Shown in pieces: positions 48,398 through 58,915 of a stretch of 64,000 nucleotides of DNA (position 1 is its first letter; each line of letters starts with the position of its first letter). This stretch comes from Escherichia phage slur14. Both the position numbers and the translations under genes were made by a program. Under the pieces are notes generated by a model. The model was not told where the DNA came from. It was given only the letters and a program-made list of their open reading frames with translations, and searched no databases. The stretch is from the sequence record NC_028448.1. The stretch is one strand, 5' to 3'.

Positions 48398-49400
48398 AAC
48401 TTACCAATTCAATCCAAGCCGGACGAAGTACATCTTGTACCATTTTAACTAATTCCTTTTTAATCAAAGAAGGATTATCCGCTTGAGTTAGAGTAATACC
48501 TTCACGAGAAGTTTCTTCCAAAATATCTTGAACAGTTAGTCCCATCACCTTTCCAAAATCTTTTGGACCAATTTCGCCAATTTTAGAAATAACGTTATTT
48601 ACTCGGTTTAGTGTAACGTAACAAGCTAAAATCCCCACCAATTTGTTATCAGCTTCTGACAGTTCAACTTTAGCTTTAATAGGCTTATCAGACTTTTTCT
48701 TTTCACTAAATTTAGAATTCTTGCATTTGATGGCTACACGATTGCGATTAGGCAGCCAAGAAGGATAACAAGGTTTCAATACATATCCTTCAGCGGTAAA
48801 TACTTCGCCTTTGGCTTCAGCTTTCCAAACACATTTGTTAGCGTCAATTAAACCTGCATTATCTACGGTAAAATTATAAGACGGAACAACAGAATCCAAA
48901 TCATTTGGAAGTTTAATAAGATCTTCAAATTTACCACGACCCAAAAGTGGAGCGATTTTAAACCCAAATGAATTACAAAACGATTCCATCATGTAATCAT
49001 CAACATAAGTTACATCACCACTTTCGGTAGTAACAATAATGTCAAATACATAAAAATCTTTATCGCCATAATCGACATTCTTCTGAATGCCAGGTCCAGC
49101 GAATTCGCCAAAAACTTGATAAGTCACAACAGCTGAAGTTTCCATAATTTCTTGGACAGCTTTAATAGAATCTTCGTAATTCTTTAAAATAATTTCATAA
49201 CCGAAGAAATCTTCAGCAGGAAGAATTGGTCCAGTACGTTTAGCGCAAGTTACTTTATCACGCTCAATAATCAATGAGAAATTTGTGCCGTGAATCTTTT
49301 CACGAGCTACCCATTCGCCGCCAGTCAATCCCAAGCTATAAAGTTTTTCAATAAATTTAGAGTTGTAATGATTTTCAAGACTGCTATACTTTTTAAACAT
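48396..49400 (-). CDS. rnlB: RNA ligase 2
   Basis: 334 aa; [42 protein letters not shown]... nucleotidyltransferase KxHG motif; matches T4 Rnl2. Confidence 0.9.
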   Translation of the reverse strand: MFKKYSSLENHYNSKFIEKLYSLGLTGGEWVAREKIHGTNFSLIIERDKVTCAKRTGPILPAEDFFGYEIILKNYEDSIKAVQEIMETSAVVTYQVFGEFAGPGIQKNVDYGDKDFYVFDIIVTTESGDVTYVDDYMMESFCNSFGFKIAPLLGRGKFEDLIKLPNDLDSVVPSYNFTVDNAGLIDANKCVWKAEAKGEVFTAEGYVLKPCYPSWLPNRNRVAIKCKNSKFSEKKKSDKPIKAKVELSEADNKLVGILACYVTLNRVNNVISKIGEIGPKDFGKVMGLTVQDILEETSREGITLTQADNPSLIKKELVKMVQDVLRPAWIELVS

Positions 49401-49409
49401 AATTAATCC

Positions 49410-49688
49410 TCAAAATGTAATTTCTAACCAATCACCATCACGCTGATCACTATTAACTTTAAAGCTGAATCCTTCTTTTCTCAGCCAATCACCAATTTCT
49501 TCAGTAATCAATTTATCGCGAGCAGTACAATAATAATTAAAATGTGTTTTACCTTGTTCAGCTGCTTTATTAGCAAGTTCCGAAAAATCTTTAATAAAAC
49601 ACTCTAGCTTAAACTGTTTACTTTTGAATGCTTTTTCGCGTAATTGATTAGCAAAAGATTCATTTTCATAAAGATCATACTGTTCCAT
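49410..49688 (-). CDS. hypothetical protein (T4 24.2 position)
   Basis: 92-aa ORF with ATG start. Confidence 0.5.
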   Translation of the reverse strand: MEQYDLYENESFANQLREKAFKSKQFKLECFIKDFSELANKAAEQGKTHFNYYCTARDKLITEEIGDWLRKEGFSFKVNSDQRDGDWLEITF

Positions 49689-49890
49689 TTTTCACCTTTT
49701 TATTAATATGTCTTTTTCTATAGACAACTTTTTCTCGAGTTTCAAATTTATTCTTAGCAGTCATAGCTCGAGCCCATAATACAGCCACTTCTTTTGCCTG
49801 TAAGTTCAATTCACGAGCAATTTCAATGAATGACTTTCCAGACTCATGGAGAGTAAACACCACAACCTCAGTTCTCATAATCAATCTCAT
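49675..49890 (-). CDS. hypothetical basic protein (T4 24.3 position)
   Basis: 71-aa ORF with ATG start. Confidence 0.5.
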   Translation of the reverse strand: MRLIMRTEVVVFTLHESGKSFIEIARELNLQAKEVAVLWARAMTAKNKFETREKVVYRKRHINKKVKNGTV

Positions 49891-49949
49891 GTTATCGAGT
49901 TGGTGCCATTATATACATCATTTTCTGAGTGTGTTTTGTGTGCTTTCAA

Positions 49950-49974
49950 AATGAAGAAAGGGGCCGAAGCCCCT
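49950..49974 (-). terminator. terminator hairpin after hoc
   Basis: Minus strand GGGGC-UUCG-GCCCC then TTTCTTCATTTT; same 14-nt hairpin as at 9226..9239. Confidence 0.6.
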
Positions 49975-49979
49975 TATGA

Positions 49980-51974
49980 TTATGGATAGGTATAGATGAT
50001 ACCAGTTTCTAAAGCAGTTTTATGAATGATGTATCCATTACGCGATTCTTGGACATCAACTTCTGGATAGTCTTTCATCATCTTCTGAAGAGTGTAACGA
50101 TGCAGGTAGTATTTACTATCTGGATCTTCAGTTTTCCAATCTTTACCTTCTTCGGTCATTTTTTGGATTTCATCCATAACCCACCAACCGCACCAGATGT
50201 AAGCTGAAGTGCGATGTGGAAGAGGATGAACATAAGGCAATTCACCTTCTGGTTCTGGAGCAACTTTATCAGTTACCTGAACTTGACCTTCTGCTGTGAT
50301 AGTTTTGCTATCATAATCAGTAGCAGTAACAGTTGCAGTAACTTCAATAGTTTGACTTCCAATAGATGATGTATCAACAGTGTATACATTAGTTGACCCT
50401 TCTACTGGAGAAGAATCTTTCTTCCATGAATATTCGATTTGTGCTTCTTCTGGAGCATCCGTAACATTAGCAGTAAATGTAGCCGAAGCATCTTGCTGAA
50501 CGTTAATAGAAGGAGGAGTCAATGTAACCCGTGGATTCATTGTTTTCTTATTAACAGTCAATGATACTTCATTAGAAGTAACTTCCTTTTCATTGTAATT
50601 TTCTGCAGTTACTTGCGCTACACACTTAACTGTTTTAGCTCCAACTGTGGTAGGAGTATAGTTAAATGTAGTAGTAGTTTCTCCATCGACCAGAGAACCG
50701 TCAACATACCACTGATACGTAGCAGACGCTCCTGGTGGCTGTGAAGCCAAGGCAGCAGTAAATTGAACTGGGGTTCCAATTACTGCTGCAGCAGGATTAG
50801 CAGGAGTTACGGCTAACGTAGTTGTCTGTGTTTTCTTATTAACTGTTAATGATACTTCATTAGAAGTAACTGTTTTTGCGTCATAATCTGTTGCTGTTAC
50901 TTGCGCTACGCATTTAATTCTTTTTACTCCACTTGTAGTTGGAGTATAGCTAAATGTAGCAGAAGTCGCTTCACCAATTTGAGAATCATCTACATACCAC
51001 TGATACGTAGCAGATGCCCCATCAGGTTGAGAAGCTAAGGCAGCAGTAAATTCAACAGCTGTTCCGATTACTCCGGCAGCAGGATTAGCAGGAGTTACAG
51101 ATAGGGTAGTCGTTTGTGTTTTCTTGTTAACAGTCAAAGATACTTCATTCGAAGTAACTTCCTTTTCATTGTAATTTTCAGCAGTTACTTGGGCTACGCA
51201 TTTAATTCTTTTAACCCCACTTGTAGTTGGAGTGTAATTGAACGTAGCATTAGTTTCTCCACCAACTTGTGAATCATCTACATACCACTGATACGTAGCA
51301 GATGCTCCTAGCGGCTGCGAAGCTAAGGCAGCAGTAAATTGAACTGGGGTTCCAATTACTCCTGCTGGAGGACTATCAGGAGTTACTGCCAAAGTAGTTG
51401 TCTGCTCCTTTTTATTAACAGTCAGTGATACTTCATTAGAAGTAACGCTTAGTGCATCATAATCTGTCGCAGTTACTTGAGCCACACACTTAATTCTTTT
51501 TACCCCGCTTTCGGCAGGAGTGTAATTGAACGTAGCGTTAGTTGCTTCGTCTACAGGAGAACCGTCAACGTGCCATTGATACGTAGCGTTTGCACCTGAT
51601 GGCTGTGAAGCTAAGGCAGCGGTAAATTCAATTGGAGTTCCAATCACTCCAGCATCAGGGCTATCAGGAGTTACTGCCAACGTAGTTGACTGAGTTTTAT
51701 TTTTAACCGTGATAGTCGTAGTAATTTCTGCTGTTTCGGGACTACTATCGGCAACTTGATTTGTTGCAACAACTTTAATTGTTTTTGTTCCAGCAGGTCC
51801 TTTTAATACATAATTAAAAGTTGCTTCAGCTCCATCTTGTGGAACATCATCTACGCTCCAAGCATATGTAATAGGTCCATCTCCAGTTTGACCACTGGGT
51901 GTAGCAGTAAACTGCTGAGTCTGATCTATAACTCCAGTGGTGTTTTTAGGAGTTATATCAACTGTAAAAGTCAT
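49980..51974 (-). CDS. hoc: Hoc highly immunogenic outer capsid protein, expanded (six Ig-like domains)
   Basis: 664 aa; C-terminal capsid-binding region ...GELPYVHPLPHRTSAYIWCGWWVMDEI...; four tandem 96-aa repeats TTTLAVTP...SLTVNKK; 288 aa longer than T4 Hoc (376 aa). Confidence 0.85.
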   Translation of the reverse strand: MTFTVDITPKNTTGVIDQTQQFTATPSGQTGDGPITYAWSVDDVPQDGAEATFNYVLKGPAGTKTIKVVATNQVADSSPETAEITTTITVKNKTQSTTLAVTPDSPDAGVIGTPIEFTAALASQPSGANATYQWHVDGSPVDEATNATFNYTPAESGVKRIKCVAQVTATDYDALSVTSNEVSLTVNKKEQTTTLAVTPDSPPAGVIGTPVQFTAALASQPLGASATYQWYVDDSQVGGETNATFNYTPTTSGVKRIKCVAQVTAENYNEKEVTSNEVSLTVNKKTQTTTLSVTPANPAAGVIGTAVEFTAALASQPDGASATYQWYVDDSQIGEATSATFSYTPTTSGVKRIKCVAQVTATDYDAKTVTSNEVSLTVNKKTQTTTLAVTPANPAAAVIGTPVQFTAALASQPPGASATYQWYVDGSLVDGETTTTFNYTPTTVGAKTVKCVAQVTAENYNEKEVTSNEVSLTVNKKTMNPRVTLTPPSINVQQDASATFTANVTDAPEEAQIEYSWKKDSSPVEGSTNVYTVDTSSIGSQTIEVTATVTATDYDSKTITAEGQVQVTDKVAPEPEGELPYVHPLPHRTSAYIWCGWWVMDEIQKMTEEGKDWKTEDPDSKYYLHRYTLQKMMKDYPEVDVQESRNGYIIHKTALETGIIYTYP
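50544..51695 (-). repeat. four tandem ~288-bp coding repeats (Ig-like domain units) within hoc
   Basis: Recurring nucleotide block ttcttattaacagtcaatgatacttcattagaagtaac at about 50546, 50832, 51117, 51405; protein repeats 94-189, 190-285, 286-381, 382-477. Confidence 0.8.
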
Positions 51975-51983
51975 AAGTTATCC

Positions 51984-52664
51984 TTATTTTAATGTTACGA
52001 AAGAAGAATTGCGTGTTTCACGAATTAAAACTGATCCGTCACGGTTAATGTAATAAATTAAGCTAAATAAAGTTTGGTGTGCTGACGCATGCTCAAAACT
52101 TGTTGGGTGAGATTTCCAATCCGGAGTTTCAGCTATCCATTGATAAATCCACCAAGGAACAGTGCAGAATCCTGGATTTTTTCCAATCAGCTGAAGATTC
52201 GGACTAAAGTTTTCCGGAAGAGTAAATACAGACGGCTTTTCAGATTCAATAATCTCAGCTACAGCCTGCTCGAATTTTTCTTCAACAAAAGGAGTATCTT
52301 CAATCAAAACATCGGTATTTTCAGGAATTTTATCCGTTTCTACTACTTCAATTTTAATGTCAGATTTAACCGGAGAATCAATCAGAAGTGCTGCTTCTGG
52401 ATTGACTTCTTCATCGTCATATTTTAACCCCTCTGCAGCATCAGCAGCATCAATTAAGTCTTTAATAGATAACCCATCAGTCTCTGGCATAGGTTCACTA
52501 GCGAGCTTCTGGAGGGCTTCTTCAATATCATTAACGATATTATCAAAAGATTTATTCTTTTTGACCTTTATACCAAACTGTTCAGCATATTCAGCTAATT
52601 TAGCTTTAGCTTCTTTATTATCATCAAGAGCCTTCAGCTCTGCAATATAATCTTTATCTATCAT
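51984..52664 (-). CDS. inh: Inh inhibitor of prohead protease
   Basis: 226 aa; length and position (between hoc and uvsW) match T4 Inh. Confidence 0.75.
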   Translation of the reverse strand: MIDKDYIAELKALDDNKEAKAKLAEYAEQFGIKVKKNKSFDNIVNDIEEALQKLASEPMPETDGLSIKDLIDAADAAEGLKYDDEEVNPEAALLIDSPVKSDIKIEVVETDKIPENTDVLIEDTPFVEEKFEQAVAEIIESEKPSVFTLPENFSPNLQLIGKNPGFCTVPWWIYQWIAETPDWKSHPTSFEHASAHQTLFSLIYYINRDGSVLIRETRNSSFVTLK

Positions 52665-52677
52665 AATATTTCCTCAG

Positions 52678-52685
52678 TATAAATA
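52678..52685 (+). promoter_or_regulatory. late promoter TATAAATA for uvsW
   Basis: Exact TATAAATA 30 nt upstream of ATG 52715. Confidence 0.6.
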
Positions 52686-52714
52686 TAGATATATTTATTA
52701 CATGGTATTTAGAC

Positions 52715-54226
52715 ATGACTGACATTAAAGTACATTTTTATGATTTTAGTCACGTGAGAATTGATTGTGAAGAAAGTACATTTCATGAACTCCGTGATTT
52801 CTTTAGCTTTGAAGCTGATGGGTATCGTTTTAATCCGAAGTACAGATATGGCCACTGGGATGGACGAATCCGTCTTTTAGATTATAATCGTCTTCTTCCA
52901 TTCGGCTTAGTCGGGCAAATTAAAAAGTTCTGTGATAACTTTGGCTATAAAGCCTGGATTGACCCACAAATTAATGAAAAAGAAGAATTATCAAGAAAAG
53001 ATTTTGATGAATGGCTTTCTAAATTAGAAATCTATTCAGGAAATAAAAGAATTGAACCACACTGGTATCAAAAAGATGCAGTGTTCGAAGGATTAGTTAA
53101 TCGTCGTAGAATTCTTAATCTTCCAACATCCGCTGGTAAATCGTTAATTCAAGCTTTGCTTGCGCGATATTATTTGGAAAATTATGAAGGTAAAATTCTT
53201 ATCATTGTTCCAACAACTGCTCTGACAACTCAGATGGCTGATGACTTCGTCGACTATCGTCTATTCAGTCATGCAATGATAAAGAAAATTGGTGGCGGAG
53301 CATCAAAAGATGATAAATATAAAAATGATGCACCAGTCGTTGTTGGTACATGGCAAACTGTAGTAAAACAACCGAAAGAATGGTTCTCACAGTTTGGAAT
53401 GATGATGAATGATGAATGCCATCTTGCTACAGGAAAAAGTATTTCATCTATCATATCAGGTTTAAATAACTGTATGTTTAAATTTGGTTTGTCTGGTTCA
53501 TTACGTGACGGCAAAGCCAATATCATGCAGTATGTTGGAATGTTTGGTGAAATATTTAAGCCAGTAACGACCTCTAAATTAATGGAAGATGGACAAGTAA
53601 CTGAGTTAAAAATTAATAGTATTTTTCTTCGCTATCCCGATGAGTTCACTACTAAATTAAAGGGAAAAACTTACCAAGAAGAAATAAAAATTATTACTGG
53701 GCTCAGTAAAAGAAATAAATGGATCGCTAAATTAGCTATTAAGCTTGCACAAAAAGATGAAAACGCTTTTGTCATGTTTAAACATGTATCGCATGGTAAA
53801 GCTATTTTCGATTTAATTAAAAATGAATACGATAAAGTTTATTACGTATCAGGGGAAGTTGATACCGAAACCCGCAATATAATGAAAACCTTAGCTGAAA
53901 ATGGTAAAGGAATAATTATAGTAGCTAGTTATGGTGTATTTTCTACTGGTATTTCAGTTAAAAATCTACATCACGTTGTTTTAGCGCACGGTGTTAAATC
54001 AAAAATCATTGTATTACAAACAATCGGTCGTGTATTACGTAAGCATGGTTCTAAGACAATAGCAACAGTCTGGGATCTTATAGATGACGCGGGCGTTAAG
54101 CCAAAATCTGCTAATACGAAAAAGAAATATGTTCATTTGAACTATCTTTTAAAACACGGCATTGATCGTATTCAGCGCTACGCAGATGAAAAATTTAATT
54201 ACGTAATGAAAACAGTTAATTTATAA
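52715..54226 (+). CDS. uvsW: UvsW DNA/RNA helicase (SF2)
   Basis: 503 aa; MTDIKVHFYDFSHVRIDCEESTFHELRDFF...; Walker A PTSAGKS, DECH box; matches T4 UvsW. Confidence 0.92.
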   Translation: MTDIKVHFYDFSHVRIDCEESTFHELRDFFSFEADGYRFNPKYRYGHWDGRIRLLDYNRLLPFGLVGQIKKFCDNFGYKAWIDPQINEKEELSRKDFDEWLSKLEIYSGNKRIEPHWYQKDAVFEGLVNRRRILNLPTSAGKSLIQALLARYYLENYEGKILIIVPTTALTTQMADDFVDYRLFSHAMIKKIGGGASKDDKYKNDAPVVVGTWQTVVKQPKEWFSQFGMMMNDECHLATGKSISSIISGLNNCMFKFGLSGSLRDGKANIMQYVGMFGEIFKPVTTSKLMEDGQVTELKINSIFLRYPDEFTTKLKGKTYQEEIKIITGLSKRNKWIAKLAIKLAQKDENAFVMFKHVSHGKAIFDLIKNEYDKVYYVSGEVDTETRNIMKTLAENGKGIIIVASYGVFSTGISVKNLHHVVLAHGVKSKIIVLQTIGRVLRKHGSKTIATVWDLIDDAGVKPKSANTKKKYVHLNYLLKHGIDRIQRYADEKFNYVMKTVNL

Positions 54227-54240
54227 GGGCTTCGGCCCTT
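54225..54240 (+). terminator. UUCG-tetraloop hairpin after uvsW, overlapping the uvsW.1 RBS
   Basis: AAGGGC-TTCG-GCCCTT then TGGAG; short T tract, so more likely an RNA-stability/processing hairpin. Confidence 0.35.
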
Positions 54241-54251
54241 TGGAGAAAAAG

Positions 54252-54482
54252 ATGTTACTAGGATTTAAACAATTTCTTTATGAAGCTTCTATTGATGAAT
54301 TTATGGGTAAAATTGCCTCTTGTCAAACATTAGAAGGTTTAGAAGAACTTGAAGCTTATTATAAGAAAAGAGTCAAAGAAACTGAATTAAAAGATACTGA
54401 TGACATCTCTGTAAGAGATGCTTTGGCAGGAAAAAGAGCTGAATTAGAAGATTCAGACGATGAAGTAGAAGAAAGCTTTTAA
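54252..54482 (+). CDS. uvsW.1: UvsW.1
   Basis: 76 aa from ATG 54252 (GGAGAAAAAG RBS); ORF-track 54240 start is TTG; acidic C-terminus. Confidence 0.7.
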   Translation: MLLGFKQFLYEASIDEFMGKIASCQTLEGLEELEAYYKKRVKETELKDTDDISVRDALAGKRAELEDSDDEVEESF

Positions 54483-54733
54483 ATTAAAAAAGGCCCAACC
54501 AAAAAGGAAGGGCCAAAACTATAGACTAAAGGTCACACTATAGCAAAAGTTGTGTTTCATTTAATTGTTCTTCCGAACTTTCTGAAACTGGTAGTTCTTT
54601 AATGTAATTATAGCAAGGCCCAGGATGTACAGGACCTTTGTCTGTTTCAACAACCAATGCAGAATCGATTGGAGTTTTACAGACAACACAAATCTTATCT
54701 GACATGATTGTCTCCTCTGAATTATATATCTAT

Positions 54734-54958
54734 TTATACAACTCTCATATGCATATCAATGCCCATATCTTTAGAATAAAAATATTCATCAAGATATCCG
54801 GCAAATTTTCCTTTAATATAAAGGACATCTTCACCACACGGGTGGTCGGCCAGGATACGAATATCCTGACGCTTAAGATTATGCTTTTTCATTAAGAATT
54901 GAATTTCCGTTTCAAATTCTTCTTCATAATTAAAAGCATCATCAATGCTATATCTCAT
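54734..54958 (-). CDS. hypothetical protein (T4 uvsY.-2 position)
   Basis: 74-aa ORF; start overlaps the uvsY stop. Confidence 0.55.
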   Translation of the reverse strand: MRYSIDDAFNYEEEFETEIQFLMKKHNLKRQDIRILADHPCGEDVLYIKGKFAGYLDEYFYSKDMGIDMHMRVV

Positions 54959-55371
54959 TATTTTCCAGCCTCAAATGCTCGCATGTCTTGAATATGCTTA
55001 ATAGCAAATCCGCGTGATTTAATAGCATCAAGAGCTCCGCTACAGAAATCCAATAAAATTCCCCAATATTGCAATGAAGTATCAACCTTTAAAACATCCT
55101 TATCAGCTGATAGAACTGTCTTCATTTCTGATTTCTCGTAACGATCCATACTAAATTCATCACCATCTCCTCGTCCCGAGTAGTAGTCTAATCTAGCTTT
55201 AAGAGCAACTTTTTTCTGTGCGTCAATTCTAAGCATTTCCTTTTTAATACTTGAATGCTTATTAAGCCATTTACTATATAACATCACATTATTAGCTGCT
55301 TCATACTGTAATTTAGTCGAATCTATAAACACATCTTTCTTCAATTCTTCTTGAAGATCTTCTAATCTCAT
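54958..55371 (-). CDS. uvsY: UvsY recombination mediator
   Basis: 137 aa; MRLEDLQEELKKDVFIDSTKLQYEAANNVMLYSKWLNKH...; matches T4 UvsY. Confidence 0.92.
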   Translation of the reverse strand: MRLEDLQEELKKDVFIDSTKLQYEAANNVMLYSKWLNKHSSIKKEMLRIDAQKKVALKARLDYYSGRGDGDEFSMDRYEKSEMKTVLSADKDVLKVDTSLQYWGILLDFCSGALDAIKSRGFAIKHIQDMRAFEAGK

Positions 55372-55437
55372 ATTGTTCTCTATTCAATTGTTATTGGATG
55401 GACTTAGATTCATTATACCACGTTTTAACGTGAAGCA

Positions 55438-55836
55438 TTATACCCTATTACTCGAAGCCAGTTGCAGTTTTATCTGCTCAATATCATCAGGGTTATCGAT
55501 GACCGAAAAGCGTATTTCTACTATCAGAGTATAATCATCATAAACTGGTATCACATTAACTGATAATTTATCAATACGTGGCTCATAGTTTCTTACTGCG
55601 CTTTCAATATTGCGCTCAACTGTGTCAGCAGTAAGAGGAGTCATATTTTCAAAAAGCTGGTCTGATAAATCACATCCAAATTCAGGGTCAAACGGTCTTG
55701 AACCTTTTCTTGTTGTAATAATTCCCAAAAGACTGTTTTTAATTGACCTTAATCCAAGTGATCTGGAAACATCTTTGTTCCAATCCATTTTCATTTCCGG
55801 GTCAATATCAGAATAAAGCTTATTAATATTTGCCAT
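55438..55836 (-). CDS. 25: gp25 baseplate wedge (sheath initiator)
   Basis: 132 aa; length and order match T4 gp25. Confidence 0.85.
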   Translation of the reverse strand: MANINKLYSDIDPEMKMDWNKDVSRSLGLRSIKNSLLGIITTRKGSRPFDPEFGCDLSDQLFENMTPLTADTVERNIESAVRNYEPRIDKLSVNVIPVYDDYTLIVEIRFSVIDNPDDIEQIKLQLASSNRV

Positions 55837-56462
55837 TATAGTAACTCAAAGAACTCTTTGAGGCCTCTTATTACGTGAGCATGGGTTTTTCCACACTCTG
55901 GACACTTAATTGGAACAGCCAAATAAACGGTAGGTTTTAAAAGCATATCTTTTATAGCTACAATATCTGACTCTGTGATGATAGAATATAAATCTTCTAG
56001 TTCCTTTTCATTTAAGTCTTCAACTGGAATGCTTTCCCCGTTAGCATGAATCGTTTCTATGCATGATACTATCATATGGGCTATATTTTTATCATCAAAA
56101 ATTTTAGGGTATCGGAATTTAATTTTAATGTCACCCAGTGTATACCAGAGGTCTTCTGGTGCATCTATTTGTGTATGTAATAAATTTATATGGGTTGGTA
56201 TTTCAGTTCCACAGGTGCACTTCCAGGAGTTTTCGTGATTAACTTCACCGAGAGAATGCGCCCATAAATGAATCAACAATAGTTCTGATTCTTGGCGGTT
56301 TAAATCTTTTGCATTTGTGCAGTCTTTGATTAGCTTTTTAACAATTACTTCTACAGAACCATTATTTTTGGCAGTAATAAGTTCTAGATATTCTTTAAGC
56401 GTGAATGCGCGACAATTGATTATTTTAGAACCAACTCTCACATCAAATTTGTATTCATACAT
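55836..56462 (-). CDS. 26: gp26 baseplate hub protein
   Basis: 208 aa; length and order match T4 gp26; 1-nt overlap with gene 25. Confidence 0.8.
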   Translation of the reverse strand: MYEYKFDVRVGSKIINCRAFTLKEYLELITAKNNGSVEVIVKKLIKDCTNAKDLNRQESELLLIHLWAHSLGEVNHENSWKCTCGTEIPTHINLLHTQIDAPEDLWYTLGDIKIKFRYPKIFDDKNIAHMIVSCIETIHANGESIPVEDLNEKELEDLYSIITESDIVAIKDMLLKPTVYLAVPIKCPECGKTHAHVIRGLKEFFELL

Positions 56463-56483
56463 ATTTAGCTCCTTTATTTATCA

Positions 56484-56491
56484 TATTTATA
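56484..56491 (-). promoter_or_regulatory. late promoter TATAAATA for gene 26, overlapping the gene 51 promoter
   Basis: Minus-strand TATAAATA 22 nt upstream of ATG 56462. Confidence 0.55.
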
Positions 56492-56495
56492 AATA
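56488..56495 (+). promoter_or_regulatory. late promoter TATAAATA for gene 51
   Basis: Exact TATAAATA 18 nt upstream of ATG 56513; shares 4 bp with the minus-strand promoter. Confidence 0.6.
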
Positions 56496-56512
56496 GAATA
56501 AAAGGAGCATCT

Positions 56513-57262
56513 ATGGCAAACATTATTCGTTGTAAATTACCAGATGGTGTTCATCGTTTTAAACCATTTACGGTAGAAGATTATCGAGATTTTTTGTTAG
56601 TTCGAAACGATATAGAACATCGGTCACCACAAGAACAAAAAGAAATAATTGCTGATTTAATTGCTGATTATTTTGGAGACTATCCGAAGACTTGGCAACC
56701 ATTTATATTTTTGCAGGTATTTGTAGGGTCGATAGGTAAAACTAAAGTACCGGTCACATTTGTATGTCCAAAATGTAAAAAAGAAAAGACAGTTCCATTT
56801 GAAATATACCAAAAAGAATTAAAGGAACCTGTTTTTGATGTAGCTAATGTTAAAATTAAATTAAAGTTTCCTTCTGAGTTTTATGAAAATAAAGCAAAGA
56901 TGATTACTGAAAATATTCATTCTGTTCAAGTAGATGAAATGTGGTATGATTGGAATGAAATTAGCGAATCAAGTCAAATAGAATTTGTTGATGCCATCGA
57001 GATAGAAACATTAGAAAAAATTCTCGATGCAATGAATCCTATTAATTTAACATTGCATATGTCATGCTGTAATAAATATGTAAAAAAATACACTGATATA
57101 GTAGATGTGTTTAAGCTATTAGTTAACCCAGATGAAATATTTACTTTTTATCAAATCAATCACACGCTCGTAAAAAGTAATTATAGCTTAAATTCAATAA
57201 TGAAAATGATTCCTGCTGAGCGCGGATTCGTATTAAAACTGATTGAGAAGGATAAACAATAA
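56513..57262 (+). CDS. 51: gp51 baseplate hub assembly catalyst
   Basis: 249 aa; AAAGGAG RBS; length and order match T4 gp51. Confidence 0.8.
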   Translation: MANIIRCKLPDGVHRFKPFTVEDYRDFLLVRNDIEHRSPQEQKEIIADLIADYFGDYPKTWQPFIFLQVFVGSIGKTKVPVTFVCPKCKKEKTVPFEIYQKELKEPVFDVANVKIKLKFPSEFYENKAKMITENIHSVQVDEMWYDWNEISESSQIEFVDAIEIETLEKILDAMNPINLTLHMSCCNKYVKKYTDIVDVFKLLVNPDEIFTFYQINHTLVKSNYSLNSIMKMIPAERGFVLKLIEKDKQ

Positions 57263-58437
57263 TGAGTATGTTGCAACGCCCCGGATATCCAAATCTCAGC
57301 GTTAAATTATTTGATAGCTACGACGCTTGGAGTAATAATAGATTTGTTGAATTAGCTGCTACTATTACCACATTAACTATGCGGGATTCTCTTTATGGCC
57401 GAAATGAAGGAATGCTGCAGTTTTATGATTCTAAAAATATCCATACAAAAATGGATGGAAATGAAATAATTCAGATTTCTGTAGCTAATGCAAACGATAT
57501 TAATAATGTTAAAACACGAATTTATGGATGTAAGCATTTTTCCGTGTCAGTAGATTCAAAAGGTGATAACATCATTGCTATTGAATTGGGAACTATTCAT
57601 TCTATAGAAAATCTTAAATTTGGTAGACCATTTTTCCCTGATGCAGGCGAATCTATAAAAGAAATGCTTGGTGTCATTTATCAGGACCGCACATTATTAA
57701 CTCCAGCAATAAATGCTATAAATGCTTATGTTCCTGATATTCCATGGACTAGCACATTTGAAAACTATTTGTCGTATGTTAGAGAAGTTGCTCTAGCTGT
57801 AGGAAGTGACAAATTTGTATTTGTGTGGCAAGACATCATGGGAGTTAACATGATGGACTATGATATGATGATAAATCAAGAACCGTATCCAATGATTGTC
57901 GGTGAGCCATCTTTAATAGGTCAATTCATCCAAGAATTAAAATATCCATTAGCATATGATTTCGTTTGGTTGACTAAATCGAATCCTCATAAACGCGACC
58001 CAATGAAAAACGCTACTATCTATGCTCATTCATTTTTAGATTCTTCATTGCCAATGATTACTACAGGAAAGGGAGAAAACTCTATTGTAGTGTCAAGGTC
58101 AGGTGCTTATTCTGAAATGACTTATAGGAATGGATATGAAGAAGCTATTCGTCTTCAAACTATGGCGCAATATGATGGCTATGCTAAATGTTCTACTGTC
58201 GGTAATTTTAACTTGACTCCTGGTGTTAAAATTATTTTTAATGATAGTAAAAACCAATTTAAAACAGAATTTTACGTTGATGAAGTTATCCATGAATTAT
58301 CCAATAATAATTCAGTAACTCATCTATATATGTTCACTAATGCAACGAAACTGGAAACAATAGACCCAGTTAAGGTTAAAAATGAATTTAAATCTGATAC
58401 TACCACTGAAGAAAGTAGTTCTTCCAATAAGCAATAA
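57262..58437 (+). CDS. 27: gp27 baseplate hub protein
   Basis: 391 aa; length and order match T4 gp27. Confidence 0.85.
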   Translation: MSMLQRPGYPNLSVKLFDSYDAWSNNRFVELAATITTLTMRDSLYGRNEGMLQFYDSKNIHTKMDGNEIIQISVANANDINNVKTRIYGCKHFSVSVDSKGDNIIAIELGTIHSIENLKFGRPFFPDAGESIKEMLGVIYQDRTLLTPAINAINAYVPDIPWTSTFENYLSYVREVALAVGSDKFVFVWQDIMGVNMMDYDMMINQEPYPMIVGEPSLIGQFIQELKYPLAYDFVWLTKSNPHKRDPMKNATIYAHSFLDSSLPMITTGKGENSIVVSRSGAYSEMTYRNGYEEAIRLQTMAQYDGYAKCSTVGNFNLTPGVKIIFNDSKNQFKTEFYVDEVIHELSNNNSVTHLYMFTNATKLETIDPVKVKNEFKSDTTTEESSSSNKQ

Positions 58438-58915
58438 AGAAGTTTCTATTCCTAAAATGGGTCTTAAACATTATAATATTTTAAAAGATGTTAAAGGTCC
58501 TGATGAAAATTTAAAACTTCTTATTGATTCTATTTGTCCGAATTTATCACCGGCAGAAGTTGATTTCGTTTCTATTCATTTATTGGAATTTAATGGAAAG
58601 ATTAAATCTCGTAAAGAAATAGATGGCTATACTTATGACATAAATGATGTTTATGTATGCCAAAGATTAGAGTTTCAATACCAAGGAAATACATTTTATT
58701 TTAGACCTCCTGGAAAATTTGAACAATTTTTAACGGTGAGCGATATGTTATCCAAATGCTTGCTTAAGGTCAATGATGAAGTTAAAGAAATTAATTTTCT
58801 TGAGATGCCAGCATTCGTTTTAAAATGGGCAAATGATATTTTTACAACTTTAGCAATTCCTGGCCCTAATGGTCCAATAACTGGAATTGGCAATATTATT
58901 GGATTATTTGAATGA
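58382..58915 (+). CDS. 28: gp28 baseplate hub distal subunit
   Basis: 177 aa; starts inside the 3' end of gene 27 in another frame; length matches T4 gp28. Confidence 0.75.
   Translation: MNLNLILPLKKVVLPISNKEVSIPKMGLKHYNILKDVKGPDENLKLLIDSICPNLSPAEVDFVSIHLLEFNGKIKSRKEIDGYTYDINDVYVCQRLEFQYQGNTFYFRPPGKFEQFLTVSDMLSKCLLKVNDEVKEINFLEMPAFVLKWANDIFTTLAIPGPNGPITGIGNIIGLFE

Noticed and set aside
50544-51695. Tandem repeats in hoc considered as a CRISPR-like or satellite array
   Set aside because: Period is 288 bp, copies are in frame and encode Ig-like protein domains; there are no short direct repeats with unique spacers
54638-54895. Plus-strand ORF 54638..54895
   Set aside because: Antisense to the minus-strand uvsY.-2-position ORF and the micro-ORF region; the low-complexity product contains a run of I/F/K from AT-rich sequence
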